Shown here: positions 1-8,530 of the stretch, piece by piece
How positions within the stretch are numbered: the stretch's first letter is position 1
Layout of the letters: each line of letters begins with the position of its first letter
Source: Geotalea uraniireducens Rf4
Lineage (GTDB): Bacteria; Desulfobacterota; Desulfuromonadia; Geobacterales; Geobacteraceae
DNA length: 32,000 nucleotides
Direction: 5' to 3'
NCBI RefSeq assembly: GCF_000016745.1
Contig: NC_009483.1
Span: 4,380,001 to 4,412,000 of the forward strand
Program-made: the position numbers and the translations under genes
Notes under the pieces: model-generated
Database searches by the model: none
What the model was told of the DNA's origin: nothing
Seen by the model: only the letters and a program-made list of their open reading frames with translations

Positions 1-315
1 GATACCGAAAACAACGATGAGAACACCACCCACCCTTCTTAACGCGGTCATGTGCGCCTGGAGGAAACCGCCGATAAAGGTTGCAGAAGCACCGAGCAGA
101 ACAAAGACAAAGGTAAAACCAGCGATAAAAAGGAGCGAATGGATAATCGTCTGCTGCCTGACCTTGTGAGACGGATGCTCCATCTGCAGGTCGCTGAAGG
201 AAAGGCCGGTTATATAGGTGATATAGGAAGGAATAAGGGGGAGCACGCATGGTGAGAGGAACGAGAGAAAGCCCGCGATGAACGCTCCGACAACGGTTAT
301 GTTGGTGGATTCCAT
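1..315 (-). CDS. ccdA: Cytochrome c biogenesis membrane protein, CcdA/DsbD-transmembrane family. The N-terminal part is present and the gene runs off the window start.
   Basis: My own translation of the minus strand from the ATG at 315-313 gives MESTNITVVGAFIAGFLSFLSPCVLPLIPSYITYITGLSF... This has the hydrophobic helices and the conserved SPCxLP motif typical of CcdA/DsbD. It is absent from the ORF track because no stop lies in the window. It sits 21 nt downstream of the thioredoxin-like gene. Confidence 0.8.
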   Translation of the reverse strand, partial: MESTNITVVGAFIAGFLSFLSPCVLPLIPSYITYITGLSFSDLQMEHPSHKVRQQTIIHSLLFIAGFTFVFVLLGASATFIGGFLQAHMTALRRVGGVLIVVFGI

Positions 316-336
316 GGTTCCCCCCATTATTCCCTA

Positions 337-849
337 TTACATCTGCGGCTTCATGATCTCATTGAAAAAAGCTACCACCTGCGGATCACTCCAATCCATA
401 CCGCCAACAACTTTTTTTACTATAACACCCTTTTTGTCCAATATAAAGGTTTCCGGTACCCCGGTAGTTCCATAGCGTTTACTGATCGCCTGGTCGGTAT
501 CAAGGAGTGCCGGCAACGCCGCCCCCGAATTCTTGAAAAATCGCTTTACAGCGTCCTTACCCCCCTCATCGATGGATACGGCCAGCATTTGGAAAGGTTT
601 CCCGGCCATCATCCGATCCAGTCTGACCATGGACGGGATTTCTTCACGACAGGGAGGACACCAGGTCGCCCAGAAATTGAGGAAGACAACCTTCCCCCTG
701 AAGTCCGAAAGGCGTACCTGACGGCCGGCTAAATCCTTCAAGGTGAAATCGGGCGCCACCTTCCCTTCTATGACCGGCTCCTCCTGGCGGGAACAACCGA
801 TAACCGCAACACTAAATAAAATCATCACAGCAAAAATAATCTTTTTCAT
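337..849 (-). CDS. Thiol:disulfide oxidoreductase, TlpA/ResA-like thioredoxin-fold lipoprotein
   Basis: 170 aa. The lipoprotein signal MKKIIFAVMILFSVAVIGC carries a lipobox Cys. It has the WCPPC redox motif and an AhpC/TSA-like fold signature (FLNFWATWCPPCREEIP). Its ATG overlaps the upstream stop as ATGA (846-849). Confidence 0.85.
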   Translation of the reverse strand: MKKIIFAVMILFSVAVIGCSRQEEPVIEGKVAPDFTLKDLAGRQVRLSDFRGKVVFLNFWATWCPPCREEIPSMVRLDRMMAGKPFQMLAVSIDEGGKDAVKRFFKNSGAALPALLDTDQAISKRYGTTGVPETFILDKKGVIVKKVVGGMDWSDPQVVAFFNEIMKPQM

Positions 850-2210
850 CTTTTCCGCTCCTGGGGCGTAATATTGTATTTTTCCATACGGTAGATAAGG
901 GTGTGGCGTGGAATACGGAGAAAACGGGCCGCGGCGGTCTGGTTCCAGTCGCTTCTCTCAAGCGCCTCGACAACGATCTCCCGCTCCAGTTGTTCAAGGG
1001 AATATCCTTCGGCAGGAAGATTAATCACACCGATTTCGCGGCTCTTCTTAACGCCGCGGAGCTTGGCCGGGAGATCCTCAACATCGATACTGTCGCTGTT
1101 GCGCATGATCAACAGGCGTTCAATGGTATTTTCCAGCTCCCGCACATTTCCCGGCCAGGGATAGTGCTTCATTACCTCCAGCGCCCGAGGGGCAAAGGTG
1201 ACACCTGCCCCACCATGCTTGGCAGTGAAATGTTTGATCAGCAGCAGAACATCATCCTCCCTTTCCCGTAAAGCGGGCAGATGAATCGGAATAACCGAGA
1301 GGCGATAATAGAGATCCTCGCGGAAGCGCCCTTCGGTTATGGCTGCTTCCAGATCCACGTTGGTGGCCGCCACAACCCTTACATCCAGCTTCTGCGAAGT
1401 GGTTCCCCCCACCGGCTCGACAATTCTCTCCTGCAAGGCGCGCAAAAGCTTGGGTTGGAGGTCAACCGGCAACTCCCCCACTTCATCGAGAAATAGGGTT
1501 CCTCCATCGGCTGACTGGAACTTGCCGACCTTATCCCTGACCGCCCCGGTAAATGCCCCTTTCACATGACCGAACAGCTCGCTCTCAAGAAGGTCTCTGG
1601 GAATGGCGGCACAGTTTATCGGCACAAAGGGAGAAGCCCTGCGGGAACTGAGTGAATGTATCGACTTGGCCACCAGTTCTTTGCCGGTGCCCGACTCGCC
1701 GGTTATTAATACTGTCGCTTCCGTATCGGCAACCTTACGCACGATGGCAAAGACCCGCTCCATCCCCCGGGAAATACCGATGATGTTTCTGAACTCGGCC
1801 CGCTCGGTCAGTTCCTCCTTTAAAAGCCGGTTTTCTTCAGACAATCCCTGCAGCTCCAATGCTTTCTTTACCACCAGTTTGAGCTGATCACGGTTGAACG
1901 GTTTGGTGATGTAATCATAGGCGCCAAGCTTCATCGCCTCAATTGCCGTATCGATCGCGCCAAAGGCGGTAATTACGATAACCAGGGTGGCGGGAGAGCG
2001 CTCCTTTATGGTCGCAAGTACTTGAAAACCGCTTATTCCCGGCATTTTCAGGTCGGTGACGACCAGAGCGGGAGAACATTCGGCAAACAGTGCAAGCCCC
2101 GCCTCACCGTCAGCGGCGGTAACAACTTCATACCCCTCTTCCTGGAGGTTGTACTCGAGAACCCGTCGCAGCGAAGTGTCATCATCAATGATAAGTATTT
2201 TTGCAGCCAT
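846..2210 (-). CDS. Sigma-54-dependent response regulator (NtrC/AtoC-type enhancer-binding protein)
   Basis: 454 aa. It has an N-terminal receiver domain (ILIIDDD...VVTDLKMPG) and an AAA+ domain with Walker A GESGTGKE. It also has the sigma-54 contact motif GAFTGA and a C-terminal Fis-type HTH (NQTAAARFLRIPRHTLIYRMEKY). Confidence 0.92.
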   Translation of the reverse strand: MAAKILIIDDDTSLRRVLEYNLQEEGYEVVTAADGEAGLALFAECSPALVVTDLKMPGISGFQVLATIKERSPATLVIVITAFGAIDTAIEAMKLGAYDYITKPFNRDQLKLVVKKALELQGLSEENRLLKEELTERAEFRNIIGISRGMERVFAIVRKVADTEATVLITGESGTGKELVAKSIHSLSSRRASPFVPINCAAIPRDLLESELFGHVKGAFTGAVRDKVGKFQSADGGTLFLDEVGELPVDLQPKLLRALQERIVEPVGGTTSQKLDVRVVAATNVDLEAAITEGRFREDLYYRLSVIPIHLPALREREDDVLLLIKHFTAKHGGAGVTFAPRALEVMKHYPWPGNVRELENTIERLLIMRNSDSIDVEDLPAKLRGVKKSREIGVINLPAEGYSLEQLEREIVVEALERSDWNQTAAARFLRIPRHTLIYRMEKYNITPQERKR

Positions 2211-2232
2211 TGTCCTCTCTCAAGCAATGCCA

Positions 2233-2255
2233 TTCTACGTTCTACGTTCTACGTT
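2233..2255. repeat. Heptanucleotide tandem repeat (TTCTACG)x3 plus a partial unit. On the transcribed minus strand it reads CGTAGAA.
   Basis: Direct reading of 2233-2253 gives three perfect 7-nt units. The array lies in the 69-nt spacer between the histidine kinase stop (2280) and the response regulator start (2210). Confidence 0.9.
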
Positions 2256-2279
2256 TTAACATAGACCGCGAACAGCCTT

Positions 2280-3383
2280 TCACACGGGCAGCCTTACTGT
2301 GAAGGTCGTCCCCTTCCCCTTTTCACTGGCAACCTGAATGCTGCCGCCGTGACTTTCGACAATCTTCTGGGTGATGGCAAGACCAAGACCGGTTCCGTCC
2401 GGCTTGGTGGTAAAAAACGGCTCGAATATCCTGTTAAGCCTGTCAGGCTCAATGCCTTCGCCGGTATCGGCAAAAGAAAGCTCGACAACGGCAGGGCTCT
2501 CTTCCGCAGGCCCGGGGCATGAGGCGCTGACGGTCAGCTTCCCCCCGCGGCCGGTAGCCTGTAAACCGTTCATCAGCAGGTTAAGGAAGGCCTGGCGCAG
2601 TTTTTCCCGGTCTCCATGCACAGCCGGAAGCTCCGCCGGATTCAACTCTATCGAGACGCCGCGTGCCGCAGCCTCTGTACTTATCAGGGTAACGATCTCA
2701 TTCAGTTCAGCCATGATGTCGCAAGTTGCTCTCTCCACCTGAAGCGGTCTTGCCAGCCCGAGAAAATCCTCCACCACCCGGTTGAGGCGATCGGTTTCTT
2801 TCAGCAGTATCTCCAGAAATTCGTAGTTCGATTCTCCCGGGCGAAAGCTGTCTTTCAATATCTCGGCAGTTCCCTTTATGGAGCCGAGCGGGTTTCTTAT
2901 TTCGTGGGCCAGCACTGCGGAAAGCTCTCCCAGGACTGACAGCCTTTCCGCCCGCCGCAGCTGCTCTTCGATCTCGATGACGAGATCGGCCTGGCTCTGC
3001 AGCTTCTTGTAAGAGTCCTCAAGGCCTCTCGCGGTCTTGTGAAGCTCTTCCCTGCGCGCCACCTCTCGTTGGGAGAGGAGACCGGTGACTCCACCCACGA
3101 TGTTGTATAGCAGAATTTCAAGATATTTCTCAAGCTCCAGAGAAGGGTGTACCCCCCATTGGAAAAGGACGTGCGGCGCATACATGATACTCACAACAAT
3201 GGAAGAGACGAGGCCGCCTCGTAATCCGAACCAGAAGGCAGCAAGAATTATCGGTAAATAATAAAGCCGCTGAAAGATGTCGTGCAGCATCGGCAGATGC
3301 AGTGGCGTCAAATAATGCAGCAGGCTGATTCCCAGTATGAAAACGGCCGGCACCACCAAGCGAACTATGTTTGCACGTTTCAT
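2280..3383 (-). CDS. Membrane-bound sensor histidine kinase, partner of the sigma-54 response regulator
   Basis: The protein has H-box HEIRNPLGSI, N-box LNLLMNGLQA and G-boxes DTGEGI and GTGLGLAI. The N-terminal ~110 aa form about 4 hydrophobic helices with no large periplasmic domain. The start is uncertain. The ORF is open to 3419 (TTG), and I prefer the ATG at 3383 (MKRANIV...). Confidence 0.85.
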   Translation of the reverse strand: MKRANIVRLVVPAVFILGISLLHYLTPLHLPMLHDIFQRLYYLPIILAAFWFGLRGGLVSSIVVSIMYAPHVLFQWGVHPSLELEKYLEILLYNIVGGVTGLLSQREVARREELHKTARGLEDSYKKLQSQADLVIEIEEQLRRAERLSVLGELSAVLAHEIRNPLGSIKGTAEILKDSFRPGESNYEFLEILLKETDRLNRVVEDFLGLARPLQVERATCDIMAELNEIVTLISTEAAARGVSIELNPAELPAVHGDREKLRQAFLNLLMNGLQATGRGGKLTVSASCPGPAEESPAVVELSFADTGEGIEPDRLNRIFEPFFTTKPDGTGLGLAITQKIVESHGGSIQVASEKGKGTTFTVRLPV

Positions 3384-3479
3384 GGAGACACTATTAGTCG
3401 ATGCAGGAACTGAATGCAAGGATATTTTGTTGCGGGGAAAAGTCGGGGGGGCAGAAAAAACAGTGTATTGACGGCATAG

Positions 3480-3740
3480 TTAAGAGCGTTTCGACTTGAC
3501 TCTGCCGGGGAATCCCTGGTAATCCTGCCGGATCTTACGCGAGTTTATGGCAAGGGGGAGAAGCTTTTCATGCTTTGCAAGGACCTCTTCCAGGGAGAAA
3601 CCGTCATTAATGATGATGTCATTTTCACTCAAATGGGTCTGCGCGAAATGTCGGCCATCTTCACGGCAATAAATCATGATCTGATAACTGTCACCATGAA
3701 GTTCAATTTCCGATTTGTGAACCAGCATCTCTTCCAACAT
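3480..3740 (-). CDS. Small hypothetical protein (86 aa), first gene of the putative sigma-54-driven operon
   Basis: An ORF with an ATG start and no family I can recognise. It is co-oriented with and 60 nt upstream of the kinase gene, and it is preceded by a -24/-12-like element. Confidence 0.45.
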   Translation of the reverse strand: MLEEMLVHKSEIELHGDSYQIMIYCREDGRHFAQTHLSENDIIINDGFSLEEVLAKHEKLLPLAINSRKIRQDYQGFPGRVKSKRS

Positions 3741-3792
3741 GACATTGCCCTTACAGCAAATACTTGCTTATTGAAGACCTTTGTTTTATTGG

Positions 3793-3810
3793 AAAGCACT
3801 ATTTATGCCA
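3793..3810 (-). promoter_or_regulatory. Candidate sigma-54 (-24/-12) promoter
   Basis: The minus strand reads TGGCATAAATAGTGCTTT. GG and GC are separated by exactly 10 nt, matching the TGGCAC-N5-TTGC consensus. It lies ~55 nt upstream of the ATG at 3740. Confidence 0.5.
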
Positions 3811-3887
3811 AATTCGGGGGGAAGCAACTGCTGCTAACCATGCGATAGACGGGAAGTAATCAGTTGTGTTTTAACGGATGGGAACTG

Positions 3888-4862
3888 CTATTTAACGCGA
3901 GTCACTACGTAATCAGCCAGATTAACAAGTGCGTATTTTTCCGGGGAATCCTCGAAAACATCCAGGTAAGCCTTGCAACGAGCGACATAGTCTTTTGCCA
4001 CCGTTACTGCATGGTCAATGCCGCCATATTGGTGAACCAGCTCAAAAACCGCCGCAAAATCATCTTCGTCCAGAACGTCTTTATCGACAACTTCGGCAAT
4101 CTTCTCTTTTTCAGCGGCAGTACAGTGCTGCAGTGTATGGATCAGCGGCAGAGTGATTTTTCCTTCTTCCAGGTCATGGCCGATGCTCTTGCCGAACTGC
4201 TCTTCACTGGCAACATAATCGAGCGTATCATCCACGAGTTGGAAGGCTATTCCCAGTTCCATGCCGAAATTCTGCAAGGCGACTTCACGCTCCGAGGAAG
4301 CCTTTCCAAGGATAGCCCCGGACTGGCATGCGGCTGATAGGAGTATGGCTGTCTTGGACTTCACAACCTCGATGTAACGTTCGGTAGTTACATCCAGATC
4401 GCTGGTGCAGACCAGTTGCAGCACTTCCCCTTCAGCAATTATCGTGGTAGCCCCGGAAAGAACCTTCAGAACATTGAGGTCGCCGTCTGCAACCATCAGA
4501 GAGAATGATTTGGAAAAAAGGAAGTCCCCCACAAGAACTGACGCTTCATTCCCCCACAAGGTATTGGCGGAAGCTAAACCTCGACGAAGGTTGGCATTGT
4601 CCACCACATCATCATGCAGAAGGGTAGCTGTGTGGATAAACTCGATCACGCTTGCCAACGGTACATGCCTGTCGCCATGATAGCCGCACAGCTTTGCCGA
4701 AAGGAGCAACAGCGCAGGACGGATTCTCTTGCCGCCGCTCGAAAGCACATATTCGCCAACCTTGCGAATCAGCGGGACGTCCGACTGAAGATCCTTTTTA
4801 AACTGTAACTCGACATTTTTCAGGTCTTCCCCGATGAGGGCAAGCGCTGCTTCCATTACCAA
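3888..4862 (-). CDS. ispB: Polyprenyl diphosphate synthase (octaprenyl-diphosphate synthase-like)
   Basis: 324 aa. It has both Asp-rich motifs of trans-prenyltransferases (LLHDDVVDN and FQLVDDTLDY). The length and layout are typical of IspB. The chain-length specificity is not determinable from sequence alone. Confidence 0.85.
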   Translation of the reverse strand: MVMEAALALIGEDLKNVELQFKKDLQSDVPLIRKVGEYVLSSGGKRIRPALLLLSAKLCGYHGDRHVPLASVIEFIHTATLLHDDVVDNANLRRGLASANTLWGNEASVLVGDFLFSKSFSLMVADGDLNVLKVLSGATTIIAEGEVLQLVCTSDLDVTTERYIEVVKSKTAILLSAACQSGAILGKASSEREVALQNFGMELGIAFQLVDDTLDYVASEEQFGKSIGHDLEEGKITLPLIHTLQHCTAAEKEKIAEVVDKDVLDEDDFAAVFELVHQYGGIDHAVTVAKDYVARCKAYLDVFEDSPEKYALVNLADYVVTRVK

Positions 4863-5059
4863 ACCTCTGCTGAATTTTGGCCAATACTATAGGAAATACT
4901 CAGGAGTTGTCAACGCTTTTCTAGCAACGACAGCCTTTCAGGCCGTCCCGGGTTAAATAAACGCTCATTTACTATTGATTTTTGACGGCTCTTACACTAC
5001 CATTCAAAAATATTTACAATAACTGTCCATGCTCCCAAGGAGACGAACCTTTGGAAAAT

Positions 5060-6022
5060 ATGTCGCCCCATATACTGATAGTGGATGACTCACCCTCATT
5101 CCAAAAGATGCTTTCCGGGCGTCTTGTAAAAAAAGGATACCGGGTCAGTTGTGCCTCTTCGGGCGAAGAGGCCATCAAGATATTTCAGACCGATGATTTC
5201 AACATGGTGCTGACAGATATTATTTTACCAGGCATGAGCGGGTTGAACATGCTCAAACTGGTTAAAGAGATGAAACCCGAAATGGACGTAGTCATTATCT
5301 CCAGTAACGCGTCCAGCTTTACCGCCATAAAGGCACTACGTCTGGGGGCCTATGACTACATTGTAAAACCCATAGACGACGAAGCAATTCTCTTTAACGT
5401 AGTGGCAAGGACCTTGGAGAAGCAGTTGCTGACCGTGGAAAATCGGCGCCTCATCAACGACCTTTCCGAGAAGAATCGGGCGCTTCAGGAAACTTTGGAC
5501 ATGATGAAGACTCTCAATAATGTCTGCGCCATCATTGCCTCAACAACCGATATAGGAGATATCCTGCGGAAACTTGTCGAGAGCGCAGTCGAGCAGCTGA
5601 AAGCAAAAAAGGGATATCTTTTGCTGCTGGACAAGGGGGGAACGAATTTCTCCATGAAAGTCTGCGTCGGCATTGACCATCACCTGGCGAAGGCTTTTAC
5701 CCTGCGGCACGACCAAGGGATATCGGGACTGGTGGCAGCCAACAACAAACCCTTGTGCATTGAATCAGACATTCCCGCCACCCTCACCCTTCGTCTTTTG
5801 GAAGAAGACGTATGCGGCGACCTTTTCAGCACCCCCGGCATCCTTTCGGTCCCGCTTCTTGTTAAGGATCGGGTCGTAGGGGTAGTAAACATATCCGGAC
5901 GCAGCGGGGGAAAGATGTTTACAGACACTGAAGTCGAATTCATCACAACTCTTGCCAATTTTGCAGCAATTGCCCTCGATAACGCCGGCACATTCTACCG
6001 GCTGAAGAAAAAAGGGCAATGA
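5060..6022 (+). CDS. Response regulator with a receiver domain and a C-terminal GAF domain
   Basis: From MSPHILIVDDSPSF...VLTDIILPGMSG...KP the sequence is a CheY-like receiver. The C-terminal ~150 aa are GAF-like (LSVPLLVKDRVVGVVNI). The ORF is open from 4982, but the receiver fold begins at the ATG at 5060. Confidence 0.8.
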   Translation: MSPHILIVDDSPSFQKMLSGRLVKKGYRVSCASSGEEAIKIFQTDDFNMVLTDIILPGMSGLNMLKLVKEMKPEMDVVIISSNASSFTAIKALRLGAYDYIVKPIDDEAILFNVVARTLEKQLLTVENRRLINDLSEKNRALQETLDMMKTLNNVCAIIASTTDIGDILRKLVESAVEQLKAKKGYLLLLDKGGTNFSMKVCVGIDHHLAKAFTLRHDQGISGLVAANNKPLCIESDIPATLTLRLLEEDVCGDLFSTPGILSVPLLVKDRVVGVVNISGRSGGKMFTDTEVEFITTLANFAAIALDNAGTFYRLKKKGQ

Positions 6023-6097
6023 CTCCTATTCCCATAAAACGGCCCATCAAGAAGGTTGAGGAAAAAAGGAACTTACGCTGATTGAGTAAACCCAAGC

Positions 6098-8143
6098 TTA
6101 TTGATTGTTGTGAAGGCCGCTTTTTGAGTCGTTCGGCATTGAAGGATAAGCCGCGATTATCTGGTTACGTCCGTTAGCCTTTGCCTCATAAAGAGCAACA
6201 TCGGCCGCATGAACAAGGGAAGTAAAAGTATGGCCGTCTTCCGGAAAAGAAGCGATACCCAGACTCGCTGTCAATTTACCAAGGGGGAGACTTTCTTCTT
6301 CCGGAAATATCTCCTTTTCAATCCCCACCCTTATCCGTTCGGCAACCACTATTGACTCCTTCTTTGAGGTACCGGGCAGAATGGCGCAGAACTCCTCACC
6401 ACCATAGCGGGCAACGATATCCATGTCGCGTAGTGACGCCTTGATGATATCCGCTGTCTTCTTCAGAGCCTCATCCCCGGCAAGATGGCCGCAAAAGTCA
6501 TTGTAAATCTTGAAATAATCGAGATCTATAAACAGGAACGTCAGGTTGAGTCCGTGGCGGACACTGCGATTCAATTCTTCCTCAAGGCGATTTTTCAGGA
6601 AGCGTCGGTTATAAAGCCCTGTCAGCGGATCAGTTACCGAAAGCTTCTCGAACATGGAAGATTGTTCCAGCACGAGTGTGCGCTCAATCATCAAAGAAGC
6701 GAGGTTTGCAAAAGATGTCAAGAGGTTCATATCAGCCTCGGTAAACGCGCCGAGGTTTTCCTTATCGGAAAGGTTCAAGACGCCGATGATCTTATCCTTT
6801 AGTTTCAACGGTATGCATATCAGAGATTTGGATTTGAAGCGTGGGCGGTTTTTCATACCGACCCTGCTATCTTTTTCCACATCATTTACCAGAAGCGGTG
6901 TCCCGGTTTTAGCCACCTTACCGGCTATCCCTTTCCCGACCTTGACGGTCATGCATTGAGCAACTTGCAGACTCATTCCCATACTGAAAACAATATGGAG
7001 ATTTTCTCCTTTTTTGTCGATCAGCATGATCGACCCTTGACAAGCACTGAGCAGGTCTGCGGCTATTTCCAGTATGATCTTGTAAAGCTCTTCCTTACTT
7101 TCTGCAAAAAGGAGAATATTGGTCAGCGACATCAGTTTGTTCGTCAACAAACTCACCTGAAGATGCTCCGCCTCCCTTTTTAGCTGCATCAGCTTGGCAG
7201 CAACCTTAGAAGCAACGAGTTCTATAAGCAAAAGATCAACAGTCTGCAGCTCACTGTCGAAAAGGGCAATAACCCCAAACAGCTGTCCCTCTGATTCCAA
7301 GGGAAAACAAGTTACGCGATCAGCTTTCAATCCGGGGAATAAACCCCTTAACTCCTTACCAAACCTAACCGTTTTTTTGACTTTATCCGGAGAAACCAAT
7401 ACTGCAATATTTTCCTCGGGGATACTCCCCAATTTCTCAGGCAGGCCCCATGTCCCCGCCATTGAAAATGCCTTGCCGTCCTCATCGCGTAATGCAATGG
7501 CAATCTTGGGAAAATTGAAAAGAAACCCCAGCATTTCGCTGGAGAGGGAAATAGTTTCTTCAATTGTCGCAACCTTATCCAACTGCTCCAGGATTCCGAC
7601 AATTGTCGACAGCTGCCGCATGGTTTTGTCGAAAAGTGATTTATAGAACCTGTCCACCTGAAGTGACGGCAACATCTTCTGAATTTGCTCAGCAACCTCT
7701 TCCATCTCCTGAACGGTTGTAACGGGTAGCTTTTCCAACTGGTTCAGCAGTGAAAAGCCATCAACTTTCTCTCCCCTGGCCAGGGTTTCCAGCTGCCAGA
7801 GATCAATCGATTTATCCCTCACCCCATTCCCGATCAGGCAAAACGAAGTATCACTGATATCGAATGGCACAACAAAACTGAGAAACCCCCCACTATATCG
7901 GTAAACGGTCGTTTTCTTGGTTTTCAAATCAGCTTTGATATTTTTTTCAAAGAAATGATGACACATATCATTGCTTAATTGGTCCTGAATTATTGCACCG
8001 CAGGACTTAAAACCATCTCCAAAGGAGTCCACGGCCCCGTTTTCCCTGTAATAGAGTGTAAGATTGTAAGGAGCAAGAAACAGATAGCTTTTGAGCGCCG
8101 CCAACAGCTCCACAGGCTGGGTTTTCATGGAGTTCTTTTCCAT
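6098..8143 (-). CDS. Diguanylate cyclase (GGDEF) with two GAF-like domains and an unassigned N-terminal domain
   Basis: The C-terminus has LTGLYNRRF, an RYGGEEF active site and FPEDG. Two GAF-like segments are present (FPLESEGQLFGVIALF and ICIPLKLKDKIIGVLNL). The ORF is open to 8293. I prefer the ATG at 8143 (MEKNSMKT...), which is preceded by AGGAGA. Confidence 0.85.
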   Translation of the reverse strand: MEKNSMKTQPVELLAALKSYLFLAPYNLTLYYRENGAVDSFGDGFKSCGAIIQDQLSNDMCHHFFEKNIKADLKTKKTTVYRYSGGFLSFVVPFDISDTSFCLIGNGVRDKSIDLWQLETLARGEKVDGFSLLNQLEKLPVTTVQEMEEVAEQIQKMLPSLQVDRFYKSLFDKTMRQLSTIVGILEQLDKVATIEETISLSSEMLGFLFNFPKIAIALRDEDGKAFSMAGTWGLPEKLGSIPEENIAVLVSPDKVKKTVRFGKELRGLFPGLKADRVTCFPLESEGQLFGVIALFDSELQTVDLLLIELVASKVAAKLMQLKREAEHLQVSLLTNKLMSLTNILLFAESKEELYKIILEIAADLLSACQGSIMLIDKKGENLHIVFSMGMSLQVAQCMTVKVGKGIAGKVAKTGTPLLVNDVEKDSRVGMKNRPRFKSKSLICIPLKLKDKIIGVLNLSDKENLGAFTEADMNLLTSFANLASLMIERTLVLEQSSMFEKLSVTDPLTGLYNRRFLKNRLEEELNRSVRHGLNLTFLFIDLDYFKIYNDFCGHLAGDEALKKTADIIKASLRDMDIVARYGGEEFCAILPGTSKKESIVVAERIRVGIEKEIFPEEESLPLGKLTASLGIASFPEDGHTFTSLVHAADVALYEAKANGRNQIIAAYPSMPNDSKSGLHNNQ

Positions 8144-8530
8144 TGCAATGTGTCTCCTGTATGCATACAGAAACAACTGCCTGATCACATCAAAATGAGC
8201 ACGGCACAGATTAACCCGTTTAACACCACTTCCGGCACTACTTGATTTCCCCGGATAGAGCAGATATCTATACACCGCAGCCCGGCCAACCATGCCTATT
8301 ACCGCATCCAGGCCAGCCTATTAATATCTCTGAGTAATTATTTATTGCTTAGAAATAATATCTATGTTAATGTATTTATTACTACGAATATCCGGCATAT
8401 CGGTTCTATTGACCGGTAAAGCTTATGGCAGCACCAACCATGAACAATGTACATAAGTTAATCTATACACACAGAAATATATTGTCAATAAATAAATACA
8501 CAGAGAGATATTTTTTTTGTTGGGAGTAGC

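Noticed and set aside
52-255. 67-aa plus-strand ORF at the window start, and the 278-475 plus-strand ORF.
   Set aside because: They are antisense to the CcdA and TlpA-like genes, which have clear motifs. They have no start context.
8401-8425. Possible Geobacter-type LexA box (GGTT-N2-C-N4-G-N3-ACC) at GGTTCTATTGACCGG in the divergent promoter region.
   Set aside because: The conserved C, G and ACC positions do not line up with that spacing. The neighbouring repressor also lacks the LexA cleavage dyad.
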